A DNA stretch of 64,000 bases from the NCBI GenBank assembly GCA_029717555.1, contig JAMDHS010000023.1:124001-188000 (forward strand). The letters are read 5' to 3'. This document shows, in pieces, positions 54,890 through 64,000 of the stretch. The position numbers were made by a program, and so were the translations under genes. Under the pieces are notes generated by a model. It saw nothing but the letters and a program-made list of their open reading frames with translations. It had not been told where the DNA came from and searched no databases. The DNA comes from Peribolospora baueri. Lineage: Eukaryota. Positions within the stretch are counted from its first letter, which is position 1. Each line of letters opens with the position of its first letter.

Positions 54890-56445
54890 ATGTCCGCCGA
54901 GAGCATCATCATGGACCCGCCTAAGAGAGAGCCCCTCAAGATTCCGTTCAGCGACCTCATCGCAGGCTCCGTCGGAGGCGCTGCGCAGGTTATTGTCGGA
55001 CAGCCGTTGGTCAGTCGAATCGAATCGTCTCAAACTGCCGCCTTGTTCTTCGGGGAGCCCTCGGCAACGGGAGCCGCTCGTGTGCCTTCGGGGCTCGTAT
55101 CCTGACTGGTTTTCTTTCGTATTTTAAACGCTCCGCGTCTATTCTTCTCCGCCTTGCATCTCGCCATCATGCAGGACACGATCAAAGTGCGAGCTCAAAT
55201 CGCTCCCAAAGGCATGTTCAGTGGCCCGCTCGACATCGCTGCCAAAACGATCCAGAAAGAGGGTTTCTTCGCTCTATACAAGGGTGAGCAGCCAGGGTGA
55301 CCTTTCCTTTGGAGCTATGTGGGCTCAGTCGAGATGCTCAACCCGCGTCCTCTGTTATCCGCTTTTGTAGGCATGCTCTCGCCTCTTCTGGGGATCTCCC
55401 TTGTAAACTCGCTCCTATTCACATCCTACGCCCTCTCCAAACGCGTTGTCTCCCCCTACCCCGTACTTTCTATCCCCGAAACTGCTGTAGCGGGGGCCAT
55501 GGCGGGGGCAGCGCAGTCGGTGCTGGCGAGCCCAGTGGAAATGTTCAAGATTAGGATGCAAGGACAGTATGGCTCCAAGGGGGATAAGACGCTTGGCACG
55601 GTAGCTAGGGAGAGTGAGCGTCTTCCCCAGTCGAGACCACGTCTCTTACGTTTGTGCGCCCGTGGCACTCAATCTCGTTTCTCCTTGTTTGTGTCAGTGT
55701 GGCGAGAATGGGGCTTGAAGGCGGGCGTCATGCGAGGCTTCTGGGTACGTTGCAGTGCGACTTGGACTCGGAGAGAGGAACACCTGTCACGCCGGCTTTC
55801 GATGACGAACTGATTGTTTTCTTCTTTTCATCCCTTGCAGATCACCGTCCTCCGCGAAATTCCAGCCTACGCAGGGTTCTACAGCGCCTTCGAAGCCAGC
55901 AAGCGAGCCTTCAAGCGCTCCATGTACCCCCACCCAGAGCAGAACTTGCCCGTGTGGGCTCTGCTTGCCAGCGGCGCTTCCGGCGGTACTGCATATTGGC
56001 TGGCTTGTTATCCTCTCGGTGAGTCGTCCCTTTTCTCTCACCACGGCGCTCTACAGCTTTGAGGCCGCCAGAATTCCGTATATGAATGGCGCTAGAGCGA
56101 CGATCCCCTCTTCCATCTTGCAGACGTCGTAAAGTCAAAAGTCCAGATGGCATCTTCCCCACCGAAAGGCTTGGGTTACATCGCCCGCGAGTTGTCTGAC
56201 ATCTGGCACAACGATCGGGGCGCCCTGGTCAGGGGTATTTCGCCTACACGTGAGTCTCGCTTGCTCCTGTGCTCTCGTTCGTCTACGTTGGAGCCGGTTT
56301 CGACGAGCACGGTCGCACGGCCACTGATGACCTCTTGTCCGCTTTCGGCCGTCCGTGCGCAGTCGTCCGAGCCGTTCCAGCGGCAGCGTCCACCTTTGTC
56401 GCCTTCGAGCTCACCAAAGGATGGATCGAGGGCGAGAGAATGTGA
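54890..56445 (+). CDS. Mitochondrial carrier (SLC25; carnitine/ornithine/Ymc-like subfamily)
   Basis: Three signature repeats QPLDTIKVR, SPVEMFKIRMQ, YPLDVVKSKVQ; LREIPAYAGFY; VRAVPAAASTFVAFE. Confidence 0.92.
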
Positions 56446-56853
56446 ACGTTAACGGGTTTTGGTCGGAGGAAGTAATACGGCGCGCCGCCTCGTGTATCCA
56501 ATCCTACGCTATCGTCAAATAGACCATGCGGAATGGAAGGGGGCATGCCTCGGAATGTCCCCCCTGATGCGTCATCGGAGCGGGGTGGAACAGGCGTGGC
56601 CGCCCCTCCCCCCCGCAGGATGGCGCTGAGCATGTAGATCGCACTCAGCATTGCTGACGTAAACAAAAATCTCCGTCGCGCAGTCGAGTGATGTGCAGGC
56701 GCAGGGAGGAGAGACACCAACATTGCGCTCAGACCTGTCTTGGTTCGCCGCAGCAAGAACTTCTCGATCGCTCGCTCGCAGGAACGATATGTATTGTCGA
56801 TCATTCATCCATCCTTCTTCCATCGCTATTCCACCTCCAACGACACCGACACC

Positions 56854-58995
56854 ATGACCACACAGAGCAACGGCGTGGTCGACCCTCTGGCGCACCTTCC
56901 GGTGTCACTGTTGGACACGGACTTGTACAGTGCGTTCTTTTCTCCCTTCCCGTCCCCTATCTCCGCCTCCTGACGCTATATCCTCCCCCGCCTTCCGCAC
57001 GGCAGAGCTGACGATGCAAAAGAGCGTGAGACAGCACTTCCCTAACGCAGAAGTCAGCTATGCCTTCACGAACCGTTCCAAGGGCGATACGAAGTTTACC
57101 AAGCGGAGCGTGGAAAAGATACAGAAGGTGATCGACCGTGAGTTTAATCGTCCTGTATTTTCTTTGTGAGATCCCATCGCGCTTTTCTGGGGCTCCTCCG
57201 CGGTGCTGACGCTCTTCTTTTGTTTTGGATGACCGTCGCAGGCTTTTCCGATCTCACCCTACAACCGTCGGAGAAAGACTACCTCCGTTTTTTTTGCCCC
57301 TACTTCTCCGAGGACTATCTGTCCTTCCTCTCCTCCCTCAGTCTCGACCCCTCCAGCCAAGTCCAGCTCACCTTCCTCCCAGCTTCCACAGGATGGTCGC
57401 CCCCTCCCCAACTTGCCCAGCTGAACGAAGGCGAGGAGTGGGGCGACATCCAGCTCGAAGTCAAAGGTCTTTGGAAGGAAGTGATCCTCTACGAGGTGCC
57501 GCTCATGGCTATCATTAGCGAGGCCTACTTTGCCTACGTCGACAGGTGCTGGGACTATCGTGGACAGAGGAGTGAGCACATACATGTGTCTTGCTTGAAG
57601 GAGTTGAGGAAGGTGTGCAGTGCACGATCCACTCATCCGTACCCTTTCCCGTCCCTTCCTCGGCGTATTCGTCCGCAGCCCTGGGCCGCACCAAAGGCCT
57701 GACTTTGCTTCGTCAAGGCGTCCGTCTGTCCGAGTTCGGCACCCGGCGAAGACGGTCCTACAAGGCTCAGCGGCTCGTCATGGAAGGCTTGGTGGAGGCG
57801 CGAGACCAGGTGGAGAAGGAAGTGGCGAGCGGCCAAATTGCGAAAGAGGCAGTAGGGGCGCTCACGGGGACTAGCAATGTGCGTGTTCCACGGCCGAATT
57901 ATCCCTTCTGAAAGGCTATGAAAACGGGTATCTGAAGTTTCTTCTCCATTTGGCATCGAACAGGTGCACTTTGCGCACATGTTCAAGCTCAGCCCAGTTG
58001 GGACGATCGCACACGAGTTCACCAGTGAGTTTGGGTGCCCGGACGTTTGCAGACCTCGCAATCGAGCTCATCTCGCTCACTTATTCTCTTGAACGATCCA
58101 TCTGTTACCGCAGTGGGTGTAGCTGCGATGTACGGCTATGACCACTGTAACTTGCGGTCCCTCCAGCTGTGGGAGCAGACCTATCCGCAATTCCCCGAAC
58201 TGACCATCGCCCTGACGGACACCTTCTCTACGCGCGTCTTCTTCGACGATCTCCTCTCCTCGCCGGAAGGTCGCGACATCCTCCGACGCTGGCGCGGCCT
58301 CCGACAAGATTCCGGAGATCCGCTCGTCTTCGCCAGAAGGGCGAAGGAGGTGTACAAAGTCGAGCTGGGGATGACCGAGGACGAGTGCAGGAAGAAGACC
58401 ATAGTCTACAGCGACTCTTTGGATCCGGAGCGATGTGTGATGCTCAAGAAGGCTAGCGACGAGATTGGCGTCGGATGTAGCTTCGGTCAGTCGATGACTT
58501 TAACCTCTCTTGTCTCTTTCCTCCTGCTAAACCTTCTCTCTTCCTTCCGCGTGAAGGCGTCGGTACGAATCTGACGAACGACTTCAAGCGCCTCACCGGC
58601 GATCAATTCAAAGAGCGAGACGACGACCCGGACGGCGAGGTGCGCTCTGGCGAAAAGTCCAAGCCACTCAACATCGTCATTAAGGTAAGTGGAGCGAGGT
58701 AGCCAGCGCTTTTGATGTCGAAGCGAGGCGTCTCATGTCGGATTGCAGCTTTCGAGCATTGATGGTCGTCACGCGGTCAAAATCTCGGATGATCTCAGCA
58801 AGGTGAGTGGCGGGTCCTGTCCTCCCTTTGATGCGCCAGCGTGCCCGCTGACATCTATCGCCGCGTCTTCCCGACCCCTTGTCTTGCGCGCCACAACAGA
58901 GCACGGGAGACCCAGAGACGATCCAGTGGATAGAGCATCGCTTCGACCTCGAAGGAGCGAGCGAGGGGATCGTGGGCAAGCGAGCGAGCCGGTGA
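56854..58995 (+). CDS. NPT1: Nicotinate phosphoribosyltransferase
   Basis: SLLDTDLYKLTM, ILYEVPLMAIISEAY, SEFGTRRRRS, GTSNVHFA..PVGTIAHEF, ALTDTF, GLRQDSGDP, SFGVGTNLTNDF, KPLNIVIKL, AVKISDD. Confidence 0.95.
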
Positions 58996-59170
58996 ATCGG
59001 CAGGCGTGACATGCTACCTTCTTTCGGCTCCTTCGAGATCGCCGGACGAAACGAGATGCGACACCCTTGCCCTTCCCAGTTGTAGAATGTGCATAGATGG
59101 AAAACGAACTGCATGACCGTGGAGAGCCCATAGCTGCCCATCGACAACTGGTTACTGAAAACAGGACGAT

Positions 59171-59403
59171 CTACTCGCTATCGCTGCCCATCGCGAAGAA
59201 ATCGTCGTCCTGCACCGCGCTCTTCTCCTCCTTCTTCGTCGGGACCGCCTTCTCTTTTGTGGGTCTGGCCTGTTGTCGCGCCTTGTGCTCGGTTGACGGC
59301 TTTTGTCGTTTGGCGGGCGGCTTTTCAGATTCTTCCTCTTCCTCTTCCTCTTCCTCTTCCTCTTCCTCTTCCTCTTCCTCTTCCTCTTCCTCTTCCTCTT
59401 CCT

Positions 59404-59434
<31 letters not shown>

Positions 59435-60538
59435 GTCTCCCTCGCTCTCGCTATCCTCTGCGCCATCCACGCCCTTGCTCGATCCTTCCGACTCGTCCTC
59501 CTCGCTCTTCTGCCCGGATCCGAGCTGATCTCCTGAAAGCCTCCCCTCTCTCTCCCTCTTCTTACCCTTCCCAACCTCTCCCCCTTCTCTATCCAAAAGG
59601 TCCTTCTCTGGCTCGGCACTCAGCTCGCCCTTGTCCATCCTCTCCCGGATCTTCTTCCGCATCGTCGCGCGTCGCGCGTCCGTCTTGGAGGTGGAAGTGG
59701 CGTTTTCCTCCTTGACGGGCTCGGAGGAAGGAAAGAGGGCAATGTATTTTTCGGTCTTGGGATAGTGCTGGATCGGGATCAGATGTGACACGGATCGAGA
59801 GCGAGAGCATGAGTCACAGGGGACCATGGGACGTCGACGGTGGAGCGACGGCAACTCACTATAATGTAGTTCAAGTCTACTCGAGCTTCTAGCAGCTGCT
59901 TTTTCGCCTGCTCTCCTTCCTCTCCGCTCCGCAACGCCGTCTTGGCCGCACGTTTTATTTTTCGGAGAACCTTTTGTCGTTCTGTATGGGCGGATCGTTG
60001 AACGCATGCAAGGTCAGCCCGGTCTCCTAAAAGAGACGAGGAAGAAAACAGGGACGAGTATAGAAAGCTCACCGAAAAACTTGATCTTGTGGTACCGCGT
60101 GGCGTTGTGCTGCTCCTTGCGTGCCAGCTCCGCCTTGACTAGGTCAGCCTCGAGTGCGCGCAGTCTTCGCTCCGACTCGACGCGAACGTCGGCAGAGAGC
60201 GTCTCCTACGAGGACGGCGGGATCGAAGAAGAGAAGACACCGACGGTTAGACATGCAAGCACAGCACAATGATAACGGAAGGGGTAAAGAGTGACCTTGG
60301 CCAACAACCGCTGCGTCTGCCGGATCCTCGCCTTGAGCTGATTGACCCCGGGCTCCTTGTCTTGCATCTGCTCCTCCTGCCCACGCCCGCGTCCACCGAT
60401 ATTGCCCGCACCTCTTCCCCCCCTTCCCCTTCCCGTTCCCCTCCCCCTTCCGCGCCCGCTGCCACCTCGCGCACCTCCTGCCATTCCTCTTCCCCGGAAG
60501 TTGCCCCTGAACGAAGACGACGGTCCTTCCGTTGACAT
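59171..60538 (-). CDS. EFG1: rRNA-processing protein Efg1 with N-terminal RG-rich tract and poly-Glu tail
   Basis: PGVNQLKARIRQTQRLL, ADVRVESERRL, ATRYHKIKFFERQKVLRKIKR, ARVDLNYIIHYPKTEKYIALFP, terminal DDDFF. Confidence 0.9.
59330..59431. repeat. Compound coding microsatellite (GAG)n + (GAGGAA)n on the minus strand, encoding about 34 Glu in EFG1
   Basis: Perfect (TTCCTC)n run followed by (TCC)n on the plus strand. Confidence 0.95.
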
Positions 60539-60666
60539 GATAGACAAACGATGGTACTTGTGTCTGTGCTCCTCCGAGAAGGACGAGGGAGGACGGACTT
60601 TAGGAGCGTCTCGTATTGCCGCAGTTTATTGCCCCGACCGCAGTCACTTCTCGGCCGTGTGGGAGA

Positions 60667-60675
60667 GCACGTGAT
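60667..60675. promoter_or_regulatory. RTCACGTGC E-box in the EFG1/aldolase divergent promoter
   Basis: GCACGTGAT on plus strand. Confidence 0.5.
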
Positions 60676-60821
60676 TCACCCGCAATTGCGATCCCCGCTC
60701 CATGCGCGGACTGATTCGGCAAAAAGTCGTTCGACTCGGCTACAACCGTCCAAACCGTCAACGTTGAGCTTTGGGTATGGTCCTCTTCTTCATGGGAGCC
60801 TTGGCTGGGGTTCTTACCGTC

Positions 60822-62565
60822 ATGCCTAAAGACCAGAATGACCCGGAAGGCGGCGGTGTCACGGCCATGGCCAAGCGAGCGCAGAAGGCACGCGAATCGC
60901 AGAAGGTGCCCACGCTCCTCGACGAGTTTTGCAAGCACACCACCATCTCGTTGGACGCCAACGATGATGCTGGTGAGCATGTCACGGAGTTTCTGCCCCA
61001 TATTTTTCGGTACTAACTCACGTCGTACCTATTCTTTAGTGCCAAAGGAGTATTTGGCCTACTGTACGTTCACCGACATGACGTCGAACCAAGCGATCGT
61101 CTTCGGTGAGGTGATGAAAGACAGCCGGAAGAACGTCGTGGAAGACGGTATCCGAAGGGCGAAGAAGGATCAGGTGGAGGAGAAATTGGACGATAAGGCC
61201 GCTGTACAACGGGCTGTTGACTGGATGGTGAGTGAGACGTGCGTCAACTTCCAGCATTCACGGCGAATGCTCAACCGGGGACCTCTCCTCTCGCTGCGTA
61301 GACATGTCTCCTCGGCGTCCAAGTGCTCCCCTGGCTTTTAGAAGGTGGTCATCTGCACGCCCAGACGCTTCCTTCCCTCGCCGCCGACTCGATCGATGGA
61401 ACCGTGGAGCACGCGGTTCGCCTCGTCAAGCTTTACGCCCGCCTCGGCGTGCACCCTTCTCGCGTCTGCATCAAGGTCCCTGCTACCTTGGCCGGCATTC
61501 GGGCGTGCGAGATCCTCTCCAAGAATGGGATTCACACGCTTGCAACGGTTGTCTACTCCGTCGAGCAGGGCATCAGCGCGGCGAGAGCGGGCTGCCTCTA
61601 CGTCGCGCCGTATGTGAATCCGCTGCAAGTCCACTTCGTGCAAGGAACCCACCAAAGTTTCCGTGATCCCATGAACGAGTTGGACGGCGTCAAGGTCGCC
61701 CATGGGATTCAGGACGAGTATGAGAGGAGGGGTTGGAAGGATACGGGTGTGATGGCGGCCAGGTGAGTTTACAGGGTCGCATACGGCGATATCAGACCGG
61801 CGGTCGACTTAACTTTGAGCAATGTGTTTGCACAGCATCGTCACCTGCATCGAGGCCCTCTCTCTTTGCGGCCTGCCTCACGTCACCGCCTCTCCCTCCG
61901 TGCTCGCCAAGCTGGCCAAGGTCCCGTTCTACCCCGCCACGTCAAGGCAGGAAGCTTCGTCGCAGTATGATTACTGCCGTGCGGTTATTGACGCAGCGCT
62001 GAAGAGGAGGGGAAAATACAAACCGGAGACGGAAGAGGAGACGACGGGCGAAGGGGGTGACGTAGGTACTAGTGCACGGGAGGCCGAAGAAGGTCGAGCG
62101 AAGGACACGGCTGGGAGCGAACAGAAGATTGCCGACGGGACAGAAGAGCGAGAGAATGGCGGAGCCGCTGACGAGGGTACCGACAAGCGGCCGGAAGGAG
62201 CTATTGGCGAGTCGGGGGACGGAGAGCGGCAAGGACAGCAAGGGCAAGGCGCATCAGACGCCAAGACCGACGGTCACGGAGAGGAGTCGACGACGACGGC
62301 AGAAGAGGACGAGGCGCGCCTGGTTGCGGCGCTCGAAGCGGAGCCGACAAAGAGCAGACTGGCGATGGCGCTCAACATCTTTGGCCAGTTCGAAGCCAAA
62401 TTGGAGTTGCTTGCGAAGACCCGGTGGGACGAGGTGCCTGAGCAGGTCGAGGGGGAGAAAGAAGGCAAGGAAGGAGATGCGGCAGAGACAAAGGAGAACG
62501 GCGGCGACGAAGAGCAGGCGGCGGGCAGCCAAGGAGAGAAGGGCGGAGAAGGAGGAGAGGCGTAA
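60822..62565 (+). CDS. Transaldolase/fructose-6-phosphate aldolase superfamily enzyme (FSA-like active site)
   Basis: ISLDAND, DMTSNQAI, LHAQT, VCIKVPATLAGIRAC (Schiff-base Lys), GIHTLATVVYSVEQ, AGCLYVAPYVN, VMAAS, CGLPHVT; acidic low-complexity insertion near the C-terminus. Confidence 0.85.
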
Positions 62566-63041
62566 ATGGCGGCCGGCGCGTGATCATCGCGCGATAGGAA
62601 GAGGCATCGTCGGCCGAAAGGGCGCACGCAGTTTAACGTGGCCCTTGTCACGTCACGTAGGGCCAAACCGCATTGGTACCCGTCTCTTTTCATTCATAAC
62701 CGGCAAGCGTACCTGTCTTCATCACCCTCGTTCTCTCGGATATATGAAATGCGTGTTACACGTTCGTGTCGGCCACGAGCTCATGCCGGTTACGGACACT
62801 ACATGCAGTTCGTGAGGGACGGCCGTCTATGCTCGTCCATGAGCGACCGACGCCCTCCCCACACGCCCGTCTCCCGATGTCCTATCCTGCGACTCGAGCC
62901 AGGGTCGATTTGCCAGACGAATTTCCTTACGGCATCGTTTCTTTTTTCCCGCATAGATCGCCCCGTTGGGACGTTCGACGGCCATTTGTCTTCATCGCCC
63001 ACGCCCACGCCTGCAACTTCTCAGGGCATAGAATGGCGGCG

Positions 63042-64000
63042 TCAAAGGAAAGAGCCAACGGGTGTCTCGATCTCGATCGCCGATACAGCGGCGTCCCTCA
63101 CCGGGCGCTGCGCAGATATACGAGCCGATAGGAAAACGATCCATCTCTCCACTCTATCCTTTGTGACCCTGGCGAGACGGGCAAAGGGGGCGGTGAGGGG
63201 AGGGGAGGGATGGAAGGGTGAGTTATGCACTTCGTCACGGAATGGTCCGATAAGACGAACGAAAGCGATTGCATGCTCACATGGTGAGATCCCGTGTCCG
63301 ACGAGACCCTCGACGAGCTGACCGTCCAGTCCCTGATAAGCCCTTTGACGCCGTACCGGTGGAGCGTCTTGCGCACCCCATTGGAGCCTGAAAGACGGTG
63401 GCTGAAGCGAGGGGAAGGCGGTCGTGTGACGAAGAAAAGTTAGGCTCGGGCTCTGTGGCGTTCTGGTTCGTACTTGGAATCGAGATCGACAACGGGCTCG
63501 GTTCGGTTTGACGGGGCTCACCGACGGCGTTGGCTAGAGCGCTGGTGACGAACGTCTGAGCGACACCACTCGGCTTCTCGCGGTCCTTCCAGGGCACGAG
63601 GGCACGCGTGAAGGCTTTGGTGAGGTAGAAGGTGAGGGCGGGAGAGGAGGAGAGCAAGATGGCGGACTGGAAACCTGCTCGATGAGAGGAGAGGCAGGAC
63701 AAAGCAAAAAAAAAGATTCGGGCATGAGCGAGCAACGTCGACAAGGCGAGGCAGACCGCGACGACGTAGGAGGGCACGAAACGTAAAGGCCCACCGCTCC
63801 ACAAGCCCGTCCAACCCTTCTCGTTCACAATGTCCTCCACGATCTCGCGCGTGGTCCGAGTCTTGGCGTACCCGTCGTCGTCCTCGTCGCTAATCTTCTT
63901 CCTGGTGGGGCGGCGTGACGGCCGTATCGGAGGACGGTTGGGAAGGAGCGGCTGGTCGCTGGGAAGGAGCGGCTGGTCGCTGGGAAGGCGACGACGCGGC
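63042..64000 (-). CDS. 3' part of a peroxisomal adenine-nucleotide-transporter-like carrier (ANT1/PMP47 type), possibly degenerate; 5' end outside the window
   Basis: IVEDIVNEKGWTGLWSGFQSAILLSSSPALTFY, TFVTSALANAV, then RLQW / RKTLHRYGVKGL / YQGLDGQLVEGLVGHGI in shifted frames, then MVTKDRVERWIV. Confidence 0.7.
63939..63988. repeat. 21-bp tandem repeat (TGGGAAGGAGCGGCTGGTCGC x2 plus partial copy)
   Basis: Two exact copies at 63939-63959 and 63960-63980, then TGGGAAGG. Confidence 0.9.

Noticed and set aside
40344..58995. Stop-codon readthrough (TGA CTA) generating cryptic PTS1 at the SCOT, FAP7, carrier and NPT1 stops
   Set aside because: None has the TGA-CTA context, and the extensions I read showed no SKL-like end
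54890..64000. Carrier + NPT1 + aldolase + ANT1-like genes as a metabolic cluster
   Set aside because: Interrupted by EFG1 and no shared pathway is demonstrable from sequence; would need synteny evidence

Overview
Gene-dense, GC-rich, intron-rich eukaryotic DNA, most consistent with a basidiomycete fungus (short GT-AG introns with CTRAC-type branch points, many micro-exons). By manually splicing the ORF fragments I can support about 23 protein-coding genes, mostly housekeeping: RER1, vacuolar subtilase, SUR7/PalI-like protein, coronin, L-type lectin, MYST acetyltransferase, TauD-like dioxygenase, RRM protein, HRD3, MOG1, HisRS, flavocytochrome b2, TRK K+ transporter, SCOT, GGPP synthase, FAP7/AK6, F-box protein, GCN1, mitochondrial carrier, NPT1, EFG1, a transaldolase-fold enzyme and a partial ANT1-like carrier. 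There is also one intron-containing tRNA-Val(UAC). No mobile element, CRISPR array or secondary-metabolite cluster is evident. Most interesting: (1) the transaldolase-fold gene has the active-site signature of bacterial fructose-6-phosphate aldolase and lacks the phosphate-binding Arg; (2) a SUR7/PalI-like protein carries dibasic-preceded tandem peptide repeats in its loop; (3) one 9-bp motif (RTCACGTGC) occurs in four divergent promoters; (4) an ANT1-like exon has its family motifs scattered over shifted frames while the spliced frame stays open; (5) the flavocytochrome b2 lacks a presequence and ends in -FKL. CDS coordinates are start-to-stop spans including introns, derived by eye, and family calls rest on recalled motifs rather than database searches.
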